Part shown: positions 11,524-20,459 of the stretch, piece after piece | How positions within the stretch are numbered: position 1 is the first letter of the stretch | Layout: each line of letters begins with the position of its first letter | NCBI GenBank assembly: GCA_963696765.1 | Contig: CAVOLK010000005.1 | Span: 252,851-316,850, forward strand | DNA: 64,000 nucleotides | Source: an uncultured Acidobacteriota bacterium | GTDB lineage: Bacteria; Acidobacteriota; Terriglobia; Terriglobales; Acidobacteriaceae | Direction: 5' to 3' | Notes under the pieces: generated by a model | Seen by the model: only the letters and a program-made list of their open reading frames with translations | What the model was told of the DNA's origin: nothing | The model's database searches: none | Made by a program: the position numbers and the translations under genes

Positions 11524-11686
11524 TGTCGTGGAAGAGCGGCCCTTCAGGGCCGCGTCGGGTACGTTTATCGATCGGGCTTTAGCCCCGGTGAACTCTTCGG
11601 GCGAAATGGTGAAAGGCGACCACCGGGGCTAAAGCCCTCGGCGTATCCAAGGCCTAACGCGGCCCTGAAGGGCCGCTCTTCCACAG
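11524..11686. repeat. MITE-like palindromic repeat, family 2
   Basis: Terminal inverted repeats tgtcgtggaagagcggcccttcagggccgcg ... cgcggccctgaagggccgctcttccaca, with inner gggctttagccccgg / ccggggctaaagccc. Degenerate relatives at 32655-32765 and 34187-34327. Confidence 0.75.
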
Positions 11687-11693
11687 GCAGCCT

Positions 11694-12851
11694 CTATCTC
11701 GAAGCCGGCAGCCTGATTGTTTTTCCTTCCGCCGCCGAACGCCGCGCCGCATCGAGGATCTCGGTCACGGTCACGTTGGTTTCGAGCGACGACAGCGCAT
11801 CCGGCTTCGCTCCATCCGCAATGACCGCCCGCACGTACGACAATTCATTATCGTAAGGCGCGGGCACGGGCTTGGCGGCGATCTGCTGATCGGCGTTCTC
11901 TCCCTTTCGGCGCACGCGAATGTCGTCTCGCTTCACCGTGATCGCGTATCCCGTCTGCCCGTAGACTTCCATGTCTTTGCGGTCGAACGGCCAGTTCCAC
12001 GAGGCTTGCACGATGGCCTGCGCCTTCGGATAGGTCAGCACGATCGTCGCTTCATCGTCGACGTGCGCATAAATCTCCGGCTTGATTTGCTGGGTGACGG
12101 CCGTGACCGTCAGCGGGCGTTGGCCGTCCATCAGCCAGGTCATCAGGTCGGCGCCGTAGCATCCGAAGTCGAAGAGCGCGCCTGCGCCGTTCAGTTTCGG
12201 GTCGGTGAGCCAGGCGAGAAATTCCGGCTCGACGCCAATTTCTTTCGGGCCGCTGTGCCCGTCGTGCACGACGACTTTGCGCACGTCGCCCAGCGCGCCT
12301 TCGTGCACAAGGTCATAAGCGGCGTGATTGCTGCGGTACCAGGACGTTTCGTAATTCACCAGCACTTGAATCTTTCCCTCGCGCGCAGCCTTCTGAATGG
12401 CCAGCGCGTCGTCGAGGCTGACCGCCAGCGGCTTTTCCATGACGACGGAAACGCCGTGCCGGGCGCAGGTTTCCACCACGCGCCGATGATCGTAAGTGTC
12501 GGTGTAGACCAGAACGGCCTGCGGATGCGCCTTGGCGAGCATGTCGTCGAGGCTCGTAAATAAAATGGACGGATTGAAGCCGTATCGCGTCCCGGCCTGC
12601 GAAAGAAGGCGCGCATCGGGCTCGGCGACGCCGACGATTTCGATCTCGGCGCTCTGGCGCGACTGCGCGAGAAATCCGTGCACGTGCCCGTGCACCAGTC
12701 CCACAATTCCCACGCGAAGCGGCGCCGGCGCGGCCGGGACTGCCAAAGCGAGCTGGAAGAAAAACGCGCAGAATAAAACGATACAGAAAATTCGCGCCAC
12801 GAGAGAGCCTCCGGAATCACCGTCAGACATATTAAATCTGCGAAGCCTCAT
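11694..12851 (-). CDS. Gfo/Idh/MocA family oxidoreductase with N-terminal signal/anchor
   Basis: RVGIVGLVHGHVHGF Rossmann N-terminus, typical length and C-terminal alpha/beta domain, hydrophobic leader FCIVLFCAFFFQLALA. The start could be 12830 (MSDGD). Confidence 0.8.
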   Translation of the reverse strand: MRLRRFNMSDGDSGGSLVARIFCIVLFCAFFFQLALAVPAAPAPLRVGIVGLVHGHVHGFLAQSRQSAEIEIVGVAEPDARLLSQAGTRYGFNPSILFTSLDDMLAKAHPQAVLVYTDTYDHRRVVETCARHGVSVVMEKPLAVSLDDALAIQKAAREGKIQVLVNYETSWYRSNHAAYDLVHEGALGDVRKVVVHDGHSGPKEIGVEPEFLAWLTDPKLNGAGALFDFGCYGADLMTWLMDGQRPLTVTAVTQQIKPEIYAHVDDEATIVLTYPKAQAIVQASWNWPFDRKDMEVYGQTGYAITVKRDDIRVRRKGENADQQIAAKPVPAPYDNELSYVRAVIADGAKPDALSSLETNVTVTEILDAARRSAAEGKTIRLPASR

Positions 12852-12990
12852 CTGAGTATCTTCTCAACCTTAGAAATTGGCGCATGTTAATGAATCGGTT
12901 AATGGCCGATTTCCCAGTCGCGCGCGGAATCCGGACAAGGGGCTTGAGTAATCTGTTACCCGCTACCCGTCCATGCGACAGTAATCAGGT

Positions 12991-13377
12991 ATGACCCACT
13001 TCCCCCAAGCGCACCCTTCGCGGCGCGCGGCCCGGGTCCAGCTTGGCGATTCTGTCCTGGCTGCGATCCGCCTCGAAGACGGCCGCCGCACAAAAGCTAA
13101 ACTACAAACCATCTCTGTAACTGGCGGCCTGCTGCAACTGGCGCAATGTCTCGCGCAAGGCGACTTCGTTGAAGTAGCTTTTCAAACGCAGTCCGGCCCG
13201 GTTCACGGCATGGCGGAAGTCTTGAGTCCCATGCGACAGATGACCAGCGGAGTATTGCAGCCGTTCCGCTTCGTCGCGCTCGAGGACGACGACCATCGCC
13301 GCCTGCGCACCTCACTCGATCACGTAGTCGATCGCGGTTCGATGGGCCTGAAGTCGAGCGCGTTTACCGCGCATTAA
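12991..13377 (+). CDS. PilZ domain protein (putative c-di-GMP binding)
   Basis: RRAAR (RxxxR) followed by TISVTGG (D/NxSxxG-like) about 30 aa later; 128 aa. Confidence 0.55.
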   Translation: MTHFPQAHPSRRAARVQLGDSVLAAIRLEDGRRTKAKLQTISVTGGLLQLAQCLAQGDFVEVAFQTQSGPVHGMAEVLSPMRQMTSGVLQPFRFVALEDDDHRRLRTSLDHVVDRGSMGLKSSAFTAH

Positions 13378-13393
13378 GTCGCCAATCTTGCTC

Positions 13394-13454
13394 TGTCATC
13401 CCGAGCGAAGGTCCGTCCTCCGCTTTGTGGAGGACGAAACGCTGTCGAGGGACC
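13394..13454. repeat. Dispersed palindromic repeat, family 1
   Basis: tgtcatcccgagcgaaggtccgtcctccgctttgtggaggacgaaacgctgtcgagggacc with internal hairpin gtcctcc-gctttgt-ggaggac. It accounts for the spurious N-terminal extension of ORF 13388. Confidence 0.7.
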
Positions 13455-13507
13455 TTGGGTTTCCCGCCCTAAGCAAGAGTGTCTGCGACTCCCGATATAC
13501 TGTCCCT

Positions 13508-13960
13508 GTGAACACCGAGACTCGGGCGAAAGAAATTCTGCGTGAGATCACCACGCACTCCGCCGAGGAGACGATCACGTTCGGACGCACGCTGAAAGAG
13601 TTGCTCGCCCCTCCGAAATTAGTGCTGCTGCGCGGCGATCTGGGCGCGGGCAAAACCACGCTGGTCAAGGGAATTGCCGCAGCCTTCGAGGCCGCAGCCG
13701 AGGAAGACGTCACCAGCCCAACGTTCACCCTGGTGCACGAATACCGCGGGCCGCGAGCCAACCTCTATCACATCGATCTCTACCGCATCGATACGCAGCG
13801 GGAATTGGAAACGCTCGCTCTGGATGACCTGCGCGACGACAACAGCATCCTGCTGATCGAGTGGGGAGAAAAATTTCCGCGGCTGCTGCGCGAGCGGGAT
13901 GTGGAGATTGCGCTCGATCGGCTGGGCGAGAACGAGCGGCGGATCAAGGTGAGAGCTTAG
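13508..13960 (+). CDS. tsaE: tRNA threonylcarbamoyladenosine biosynthesis ATPase TsaE
   Basis: LLRGDLGAGKTTLVKG (P-loop), TSPTFTLVHEY, LYHIDLYR, LLIEWGE. GTG 13508 is preferred because upstream ORF text is repeat-derived. Confidence 0.85.
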   Translation: MNTETRAKEILREITTHSAEETITFGRTLKELLAPPKLVLLRGDLGAGKTTLVKGIAAAFEAAAEEDVTSPTFTLVHEYRGPRANLYHIDLYRIDTQRELETLALDDLRDDNSILLIEWGEKFPRLLRERDVEIALDRLGENERRIKVRA

Positions 13961-14234
13961 CGATAGAGTTCGTTTCCCGGCCCCCACGCCTTTTCTTTTC
14001 GCCAATCTGGCGAACAAAAAATGCAGCGTTACGATAACGACTGTTCCGCGGCCAAAGTCCAAACAGGCTGTTGGTCGGGGATAGAGCATTTTGCCGCGCC
14101 TTATACAAACCCGTCCAATCCGGGCCCGGGTCGCGGTAATTAAGGACAACCATTTTTGCTTGGGCACCATCGAAATCCCAACTCTGCCGTACGAAGGCGA
14201 ACAATACTTCACTTCCAATCCGAGGTTGAACACC

Positions 14235-15326
14235 ATGAAAATCAAAACCAGCCGAGCCATTACGGGAGCCTGTGCGTTTGCGCTCCTCACGGGAATTGCG
14301 TTTGCGCAAGCGACAGCGGGACCGACTAACTTCGAGGGATCAAACAGCACCAAAATTGTGAATGTGATCCAAAGCGGAAGCGGATTCGGTATTGAAGCGA
14401 GTACTCCTTCTACCGGAGGCGTGGGAGCCGTATTTGGGCAGGCCACCGGCACCAGCGGGTATAACAACGGTTTGTGGGGACGCAGTTTCAGCCCGGCTGG
14501 AGTTGCCGTGCGCGGAGAGAATATGGCCACCACCGGAACTGCGACGGGCGGTGCGTTCTTCAGCAAAGGCGCCAACGGACTGGGTTTATACGGGGCTGCG
14601 ACTGCCCAGAACGGCGCCGGGGTAGGCGTGCATGGCTTTGCGCAAAGTCCCAATGGAGTCGGGGTGTTAGGTGAAGTCGCTTCGCCTTGTTCGCCCCCGA
14701 TCGGAGCTTGCGGCGCAGGTTTCCCCGTGGGGGTCCTTGCGCGAATCAATGCGACCAGTGGCGCGGCCGGAATTTTCGAGGAAGATTACAACGACGGCGG
14801 CGGACAATTGATTATTGGTAGAACCATGTCGCACAATCCTGGCGTTTTCGAAAACGTGTTTCGTGTGCAGGATAGCGGAGACGTTTTCGCAAGATCCTAC
14901 AACACCGGGGGCGCAGATTTTGCCGAATCCTTTTCCGTGAGGGGCGCAAAAACCCTCTACGCCGCAGGGGACGTACTGGTGATTGATGACACGTCGAATC
15001 GTCGTCTGACCCGAACGACAAAACCGTATTCGACCTTGGTAGCTGGCATCTATTCCACTCAACCTGGCGTGCTCGCGAGTCCCTACAAAATGGGCCAACA
15101 CCCTGAATCCGATGTTCCTCTCGCGGTTGTGGGAGTTGTTCCCTGTAAAGTCACAACTGAAAACGGAGACATTCGAGCAGGCGATCTCCTGGTTACGTCC
15201 AGCAAGGCAGGTTATGCAATGAAGGGAACTGATCGAAACCGGATGGCTGGCGCGATTGTGGGCAAAGCTCTGGAGCCTCTCACAAAAGGTGATGGCGTAA
15301 TCCAGGCCCTGGTCACATTGCAGTAA
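14235..15326 (+). CDS. Secreted Gly-rich repeat protein with C-terminal beta-rich domain (hypothetical; tail-fibre/intramolecular-chaperone-like resemblance)
   Basis: Signal peptide MKIKTSRAITGACAFALLTGIAFAQA; degenerate G-x-G-V/A repeats; C-terminal ADFAESF..GDVLVID..VAGIYSTQPGV..VGVVPCKV..GDLLVTS..GKALEPL. ATG 14235 lies inside ORF 14091-15326. Confidence 0.6.
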   Translation: MKIKTSRAITGACAFALLTGIAFAQATAGPTNFEGSNSTKIVNVIQSGSGFGIEASTPSTGGVGAVFGQATGTSGYNNGLWGRSFSPAGVAVRGENMATTGTATGGAFFSKGANGLGLYGAATAQNGAGVGVHGFAQSPNGVGVLGEVASPCSPPIGACGAGFPVGVLARINATSGAAGIFEEDYNDGGGQLIIGRTMSHNPGVFENVFRVQDSGDVFARSYNTGGADFAESFSVRGAKTLYAAGDVLVIDDTSNRRLTRTTKPYSTLVAGIYSTQPGVLASPYKMGQHPESDVPLAVVGVVPCKVTTENGDIRAGDLLVTSSKAGYAMKGTDRNRMAGAIVGKALEPLTKGDGVIQALVTLQ

Positions 15327-15488
15327 TGGCACACTCTGAACAACACCGGAAACTTGATGCGGGGGCTGCGTTACTCGAAAACGCGGCCTCCATCTGACTG
15401 CGGCATCGTCGTGACTATTGCCAACCCAGATTAGTGTGCTTGAGGCGGAAGATTGAGCGATGGCTTCTGCGTAACTCGTGAAACAGCG

Positions 15489-15833
15489 CGATTACTTGCT
15501 GCTGCGCGGGGATCTGGGCGCGGGCAAAACCATGCTGGTCAAGGGAATTGCCGCCGCGTTCGAGGCCGCCGCCGAGGAAGACGTCACCAGCCCACGTTCA
15601 CTCTGGTGCACGAATATCGCGGGCCGCGAGCCAACCTCTACCACATCGATCTCTACCGCATCGACATGCAGCGGGAATTGGAAACGCTCGCTCTGGATGA
15701 CCTGCGTGACGACAAGAGCATCCTGCTGATCGAGTGGGGAGAAAAATTTCCGCGGCTGGTTCGCGAGCGGGATGTGGAGATTGCGCTGGAACGGCTGGGC
15801 GAAAATGAGCGGCGGATCAAGGTAAGAGGGTAG
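15489..15833 (+). pseudogene. Truncated, frameshifted second copy of the tsaE 3' part
   Basis: About 93% identical by manual alignment to 13619-13960 (about 24 differences plus a 1-nt deletion at ~15592). It lacks the first ~37 codons and ends at the equivalent stop codon. Confidence 0.85.
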
Positions 15834-15999
15834 TTTTGGAGGTCGGTTTTTCGTGGGTTTGGAGGTTAATCGCTGTTGGGAACAACGGGGCCGCACTTCG
15901 GTGTACCGGTTGTCGGTAAGCCGAATCGCCGGGGCCTGATGACCTCTCCGAGTTTCGGTCGTCTCAATGGAAGAAGTAAATCGGAGAGCCACGTCATTT

Positions 16000-17196
16000 A
16001 TGCAGAGACGAGAATTCTTGCAGGTGAGTGCGGGCGCAGGGGTGGCATCGTTGATTTCTCTTTCTGCGTGGGCCGATGCTTCTGGACCGACGAAGGCGAT
16101 TCGACAGCCCAGCAAGGAATTTGTGGCAACATTGCCGCATTTGATGGAACTGGCTCAGTTACCGGGGCTGGGTATAGGAGTAGTCGAGGACGGCAAGCCG
16201 GCCTGGCAACACTATGAAGGAGTCTCGAACCGGACTACCAACGCGCCGATTACTCCAGCATCTTTGTTCCCAGCCGCGTCCATGGGCAAGCAATTGTTCG
16301 CCATTGGAGCGCTGCAACTGGCCGAAGAAGGAAAGCTCGATCTCGACAAGCCGCTGAACAAATACCTGGACGAGGGAGGACCAACCGGAAAATGGTCGGA
16401 CAAGATCACAGCAAGGCGCGTGCTGAGCCATTCTTCGGGATTGATGAACTGGCGGGACGATAAAAGCCAGGAACTGACGCCCGCCTTTGAACCCGGCACG
16501 AAGTTCCGATACTCGGGCGAAGGCTTTTACTGCTTGCAGCGGTGCGTGGAACACATCACCGGCGTTGGGTTCGAACAATGGATGCAAGACCGCGTCATGA
16601 AGCCACTGGGGATGAAGTCGTCCACCTACCTATGGAGAGCGGATGGAGATGCACGCATCGTGGCGGGCCACCGCGGAGACGAACCGTTTTACAACACAGA
16701 ATTTGCCAAGAAACTGTTCACGCTCATTGAAGCAAGTGGGAAGCCTCTGGCAGCGTGGCATCACGAAGAGATCGTGGCGGCGATGCTGAAGGACAAACCA
16801 GAAGGCACAAAGCTCTTGCCGAACGAAATCAGCCCCAACGCCGCGTTCAGTTTACTAACGACAGTAGAGGACTATTCTCTCTTTCTGGCGCATGTTGCAT
16901 CGCCACGCAAAGCGGATGTTTCTTCCGCAATTCGTGCCCAGATCAGCACGCCTATCTCGCGCATTAACAGCGCGCTCGGATGGGGCCTCGGTTTCGGAGT
17001 GGAGCAGGAGGGAACGCAGCCCCGCTATTTGTGGCAATGGGGAGACAATGGCGGCTGGAAGAATTTTTTTCTTTTGCATCCGGAAAGCCACACAGCAATC
17101 GTGGCCTTCACGAACGGCGGAAACGGAATGCACGTTGTTGAACGAGTCATGCGCACGGCGACTGGGCGGGAGCAAGTGGCGTTTTTGTGGGTTTAG
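16000..17196 (+). CDS. Serine hydrolase (beta-lactamase/PBP-related) with Tat-type signal
   Basis: MQRREFLQVSAGAGVASLISLSAWA twin-Arg leader; SxxK motif AASMGKQLF; YSGEG; C-terminal WGDNGGW. ATG 16000 lies within ORF 15967. Confidence 0.8.
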   Translation: MQRREFLQVSAGAGVASLISLSAWADASGPTKAIRQPSKEFVATLPHLMELAQLPGLGIGVVEDGKPAWQHYEGVSNRTTNAPITPASLFPAASMGKQLFAIGALQLAEEGKLDLDKPLNKYLDEGGPTGKWSDKITARRVLSHSSGLMNWRDDKSQELTPAFEPGTKFRYSGEGFYCLQRCVEHITGVGFEQWMQDRVMKPLGMKSSTYLWRADGDARIVAGHRGDEPFYNTEFAKKLFTLIEASGKPLAAWHHEEIVAAMLKDKPEGTKLLPNEISPNAAFSLLTTVEDYSLFLAHVASPRKADVSSAIRAQISTPISRINSALGWGLGFGVEQEGTQPRYLWQWGDNGGWKNFFLLHPESHTAIVAFTNGGNGMHVVERVMRTATGREQVAFLWV

Positions 17197-17514
17197 CGGT
17201 TCCTGCTGTTTCTACAGCGCTGTCAAAGTAGATGAGCCCAGAAACTATGCGCTCATTGGCGCAACCCCCCAGCACTCATTGGCTGAGCCTGGAGAAGTGT
17301 GTCCGGGCGATTGCGATTCGTGCGCAACTGACTGGGGCGCTCCATTCCTTCACTATTGAAAATAGGATGGCGGCGGCGAAGAGGGCGAAGGCAAGGCGTT
17401 GAGCGCGCATGGACAATATTATCCCTCGGCGGGTCAGTCCGCGCCCAGCATAAGCGTAAGCCTCGGCGTGACCAAACTGTCCGCTTGGGCTCTCTGACGC
17501 TCTGGTATTTTTTC

Positions 17515-17601
17515 TTTCGCCCCTTTCGGGGCTTGGCTTTTTCGAACTCCTATCCCACGCCTTACGGCGTGGGCTGCATTCTTTCGCCGCTTCGCGGCTG
17601 A
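17515..17601. repeat. Small hairpin-rich dispersed repeat, family 3
   Basis: gcccctttcggggc and cccacgccttacggcgtggg hairpins followed by ttcgccgcttcgcggctga. It explains the pseudo-ORF text PTPYGVGCILSPLRG. Confidence 0.5.
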
Positions 17602-17995
17602 CACTTAATAATCTCGCTTGCCGATGTCAATTGCCGAGCTCACTTCTTCACTTGCCGTTGCCATGTAAAACGTCAGGAGTGATCACTCCCACTGCGGGTG
17701 CCAGATCCCGAGCAATTCGGGTTTGCTGTCTGCGGCACCCTGGCTTTCGGATGTCCCTGGCTGTCCCTCCCTCGGAGGTTGCGGGGGTCGCGAGTTTCCT
17801 AGGACTGCGCGTCGTTGCATCCGGGCCCTACGTTTCCCAGATTGCGCGAAATGAAATTCTCAGTAAAGGTTGTGCGTCACATTTTGAAAATAAAGTTTGT
17901 GGAAAAGTGTTGGGCTGGGGCGAGGGCTGGAGCCGGGCTTTGCCCGGACGGGCAGGCGGGGGCGGATGTCGCTACACATTCGCTAAGTCGCATTT

Positions 17996-18028
17996 TCTGA
18001 GAACTGAGAACTGAGAACTGGGAACTGC
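17996..18028. repeat. Tandem heptamer array (TGAGAAC x4), same unit as 2321-2358
   Basis: tctgagaactgagaactgagaactgggaactg, ending 3 nt from the fabI stop; no inverted partner seen nearby. Confidence 0.85.
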
Positions 18029-18030
18029 TC

Positions 18031-18801
18031 CTAAAATCCCATGATGTTATAGCCGCAGTCCACGAAAATTACTTCGCCGGTGATGCCGCTGCTGGCGTCG
18101 GAGGCTAGAAAGACTCCTGTGTTTCCTACTTCCGCGACTTCGACATTGCGGCCCAGCGGCGCGCGCTCGGCGTGGGATTTCAGCATGTCGCTCAAACCGG
18201 AGATGCCGCGCGCGGCCAGCGTTTTGATCGGGCCCGCGGAAATTGCGTTCACGCGAATCTTTTTCTTTCCCAATTCGTAGGCGAGATAGCGCACCGAGCA
18301 TTCCAGTCCGGCCTTTGCCACGGCCATCACGTTATATCGTGGAACGACTTTCTCCGACGCGTAGTACGTCATGGTCATGATCGAGCCGCCGTCTTCCATC
18401 AAGGGCGCGGCGGCGCGCGCCACCGCGATCAGCGAGTAAACGCTCACATCCAGCGCCACGCGAAATCCCTCGCGGGTGGTGTTGACGAAATCGCCTTTTA
18501 ATTCGTCCGCGGGCGCATAGGCCACGGAATGCACCAGGGCGTGCAGCTTGCCGTGGCGCTCCTTCAAAGTCGCGAAGAGGCGCGCGATCTCTTCGTCCTT
18601 GGAGACGTCGCACATATATGCTTCGGCTCCCGGCAGCGACAGGATTAGGTCTTTGGCTTCCTGCTCCAGGCGCTCGTTCTGGTAGGTGATGGCCAGTTTC
18701 ATGCCGGCGGCGTGCAGTCCCTGCGCGATCGACCACGCGATCGAACGCTTGTTGGCGACTCCAAAGACCACGCCATTACGGCCCTGCAAATCAGCAGACA
18801 T
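18031..18801 (-). CDS. fabI: Enoyl-[acyl-carrier-protein] reductase (NADH)
   Basis: 256-aa intact ORF: VVFGVANKRSIAWSIAQ, YxxxxxxK-type SDR core (YNVMAVAKAGLE), ISAGPIKTLAA. Confidence 0.9.
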   Translation of the reverse strand: MSADLQGRNGVVFGVANKRSIAWSIAQGLHAAGMKLAITYQNERLEQEAKDLILSLPGAEAYMCDVSKDEEIARLFATLKERHGKLHALVHSVAYAPADELKGDFVNTTREGFRVALDVSVYSLIAVARAAAPLMEDGGSIMTMTYYASEKVVPRYNVMAVAKAGLECSVRYLAYELGKKKIRVNAISAGPIKTLAARGISGLSDMLKSHAERAPLGRNVEVAEVGNTGVFLASDASSGITGEVIFVDCGYNIMGF

Positions 18802-18923
18802 GTCGGCTCCTTAGGAATGAAAAAGAATAACAGTCGGAGGCGGTGATTGACCACGGAGACTGGCTTGCGCGTCTTGTGCCTGCTTTCGTTGTCAGTCAAA
18901 TCAGAGTCAAAAAATCCCCACTT

Positions 18924-19011
18924 CTCGCAAAGAACGCGCGAAACGGGGTACCCGTCTGACCATTCATCTCGCAAAGAACGCGAGAGATCAGGCACCCGCC
19001 TGACCATTCAT
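18924..19011. repeat. Two tandem 44-bp repeats
   Basis: ctcgcaaagaacgcg[cg]gaaac[g]gggtacccgtctgaccattcat twice in tandem (18924-18967, 18968-19011). The second copy overlaps the stop of the MFS gene. Confidence 0.8.
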
Positions 19012-20260
19012 TTGGCGGCGATCTCTTCGGCCACTGGCGCATTGACCGGCCAACTCGAGGCCACGAACGCCAAGCCATACACACTCGCCAGAATCGCGAA
19101 CCCGCCCACCAGACTTACGCGGTGCGCGACTGCACCCACGCTCAGGGCGAGCACGATCTGCAGAAACGTTCCGAAAAAATAATAGGTGTTCTGCACGCGT
19201 CCCATGAGATGTTTGGGAACCATCTCCATCAGGCTGGTATTCATGGCGACGCCGCCCACGCCGCGCGCCGATCCCATCAGGAAGTAGGCCGCGATCGCCA
19301 GGACCAGGAACCTGCGAGACCGGCGCGCAGATCATCACCACGGAAAGCAGGGCCATCGAAAACGCCACCGCTCGCCGGCCGCCCAAGTACGCAATTGCCC
19401 GCGGCGCGTAGAGCACGCTGATGAATGCTCCGGTGCCCCATCCCGCGCTCAGCCAGCCGTAGCCCACAGGCCCGGCATGAAAGACGCGCTCGCTGAGCGA
19501 GGGCGTAACCACTCCGCCAGTCGTCATCGCACCCAGAAACAGCGCCCAACTGATTCCGAGCATCACGGCAGCGCGATGATCGCGCAGGAAGTGCAGGCCC
19601 TCGCGCATGTCGTGCCAGAAACGTTGCAACTGGTTTTCCGCGGCGCGGATGTCAGTTCGCAACTCGTCCGGGCGCAGCACTACGTGTCGTCCCTTGCGCA
19701 CGGCGAAGTAGCAGAGAAACGAGACCACGTATGTCGAAACGTCGATCAGCAGCACGCCACCCAGCCCGATGTGGTTGTACATGAACCCGACGAGCGAGCC
19801 CGCGATAAGCCATCCTCCCTGCACGCCGGCCATCAGAAACGTGTTGGAGTGCACGAACCCGTCTTCCGGCGTGAGTTCCTGAATGAGTGCGGTGATGGTG
19901 GGCCAGAACATCCAGAAGCCGGCGGCCACCAGAGTGTTCATCAGATAGAGCTGCCAGATCTGCACGCGATGGCGGAAGGCAAGAATGGCCACGGTCACGA
20001 TGATCACGGCGCGCACTGCGTCGAGCCACATCACCAGCCGGCGCCGGTCTTCGCGGTCGATAATCACGCCGGTGAAGGGAAGCATGAGCATGGCGGGGAT
20101 GGTCTGCAGCACGGCCAGCGTGCCCAGCGCCTGCTCGGAGTGCGTGGCCTGCAGAATGTACCAGGCGACCGCAGCCGCAGTTCATCCCGCTGCCCAACAT
20201 GGACACCATGTTGGCCGCGAAAACGAATCGCAGCGGCCGCTGGCTGAGGATGGCACGCAT
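19008..20260 (-). pseudogene. MFS transporter, two frame breaks (~20170 and ~19300)
   Basis: N-terminus MRAILSQRPLRFVFAANMVSMLGSGMN (ORF 19652-20260), core ORF 18988-20112 (12-TM-like hydrophobic text), C-terminus in ORF 19008-19277 (VPKHLMGRVQNTYYFFGTFLQIV). Confidence 0.75.
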
Positions 20261-20459
20261 GTTTCTACTTTAGCCCAAGTCGGGGAGCCTCGGAATTGCC
20301 AAGGAAGCACACCGTCGTGTTCGTCACGGCCGCTCTCGTTCAGGGATGAATTTTCTTCACCTCCAGTGATCTCGGCGCTTGCACACCGCCGCGTTCGGCG
20401 ATACGATTCGCCTGCTCGAAGGTTGAGCCCTCAACTTCCCACCTGTCCCGGAGGCGTTT

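Noticed and set aside
15453-15833. ORF 15453-15833 (126 aa) as a functional second TsaE
   Set aside because: Its N-terminal 40 aa are out-of-frame text. The P-loop lies in another frame (ORF 15478-15729), and the first ~37 codons of tsaE are missing.
17631-18014. 127-aa plus-strand ORF, and 17356-17601, as protein genes
   Set aside because: The text is derived from dispersed repeats (PTPYGVGCILSPLRG, ..GAGLCPDGQAGADVATH..). There are no start signals, and the ORFs lie between convergent genes.
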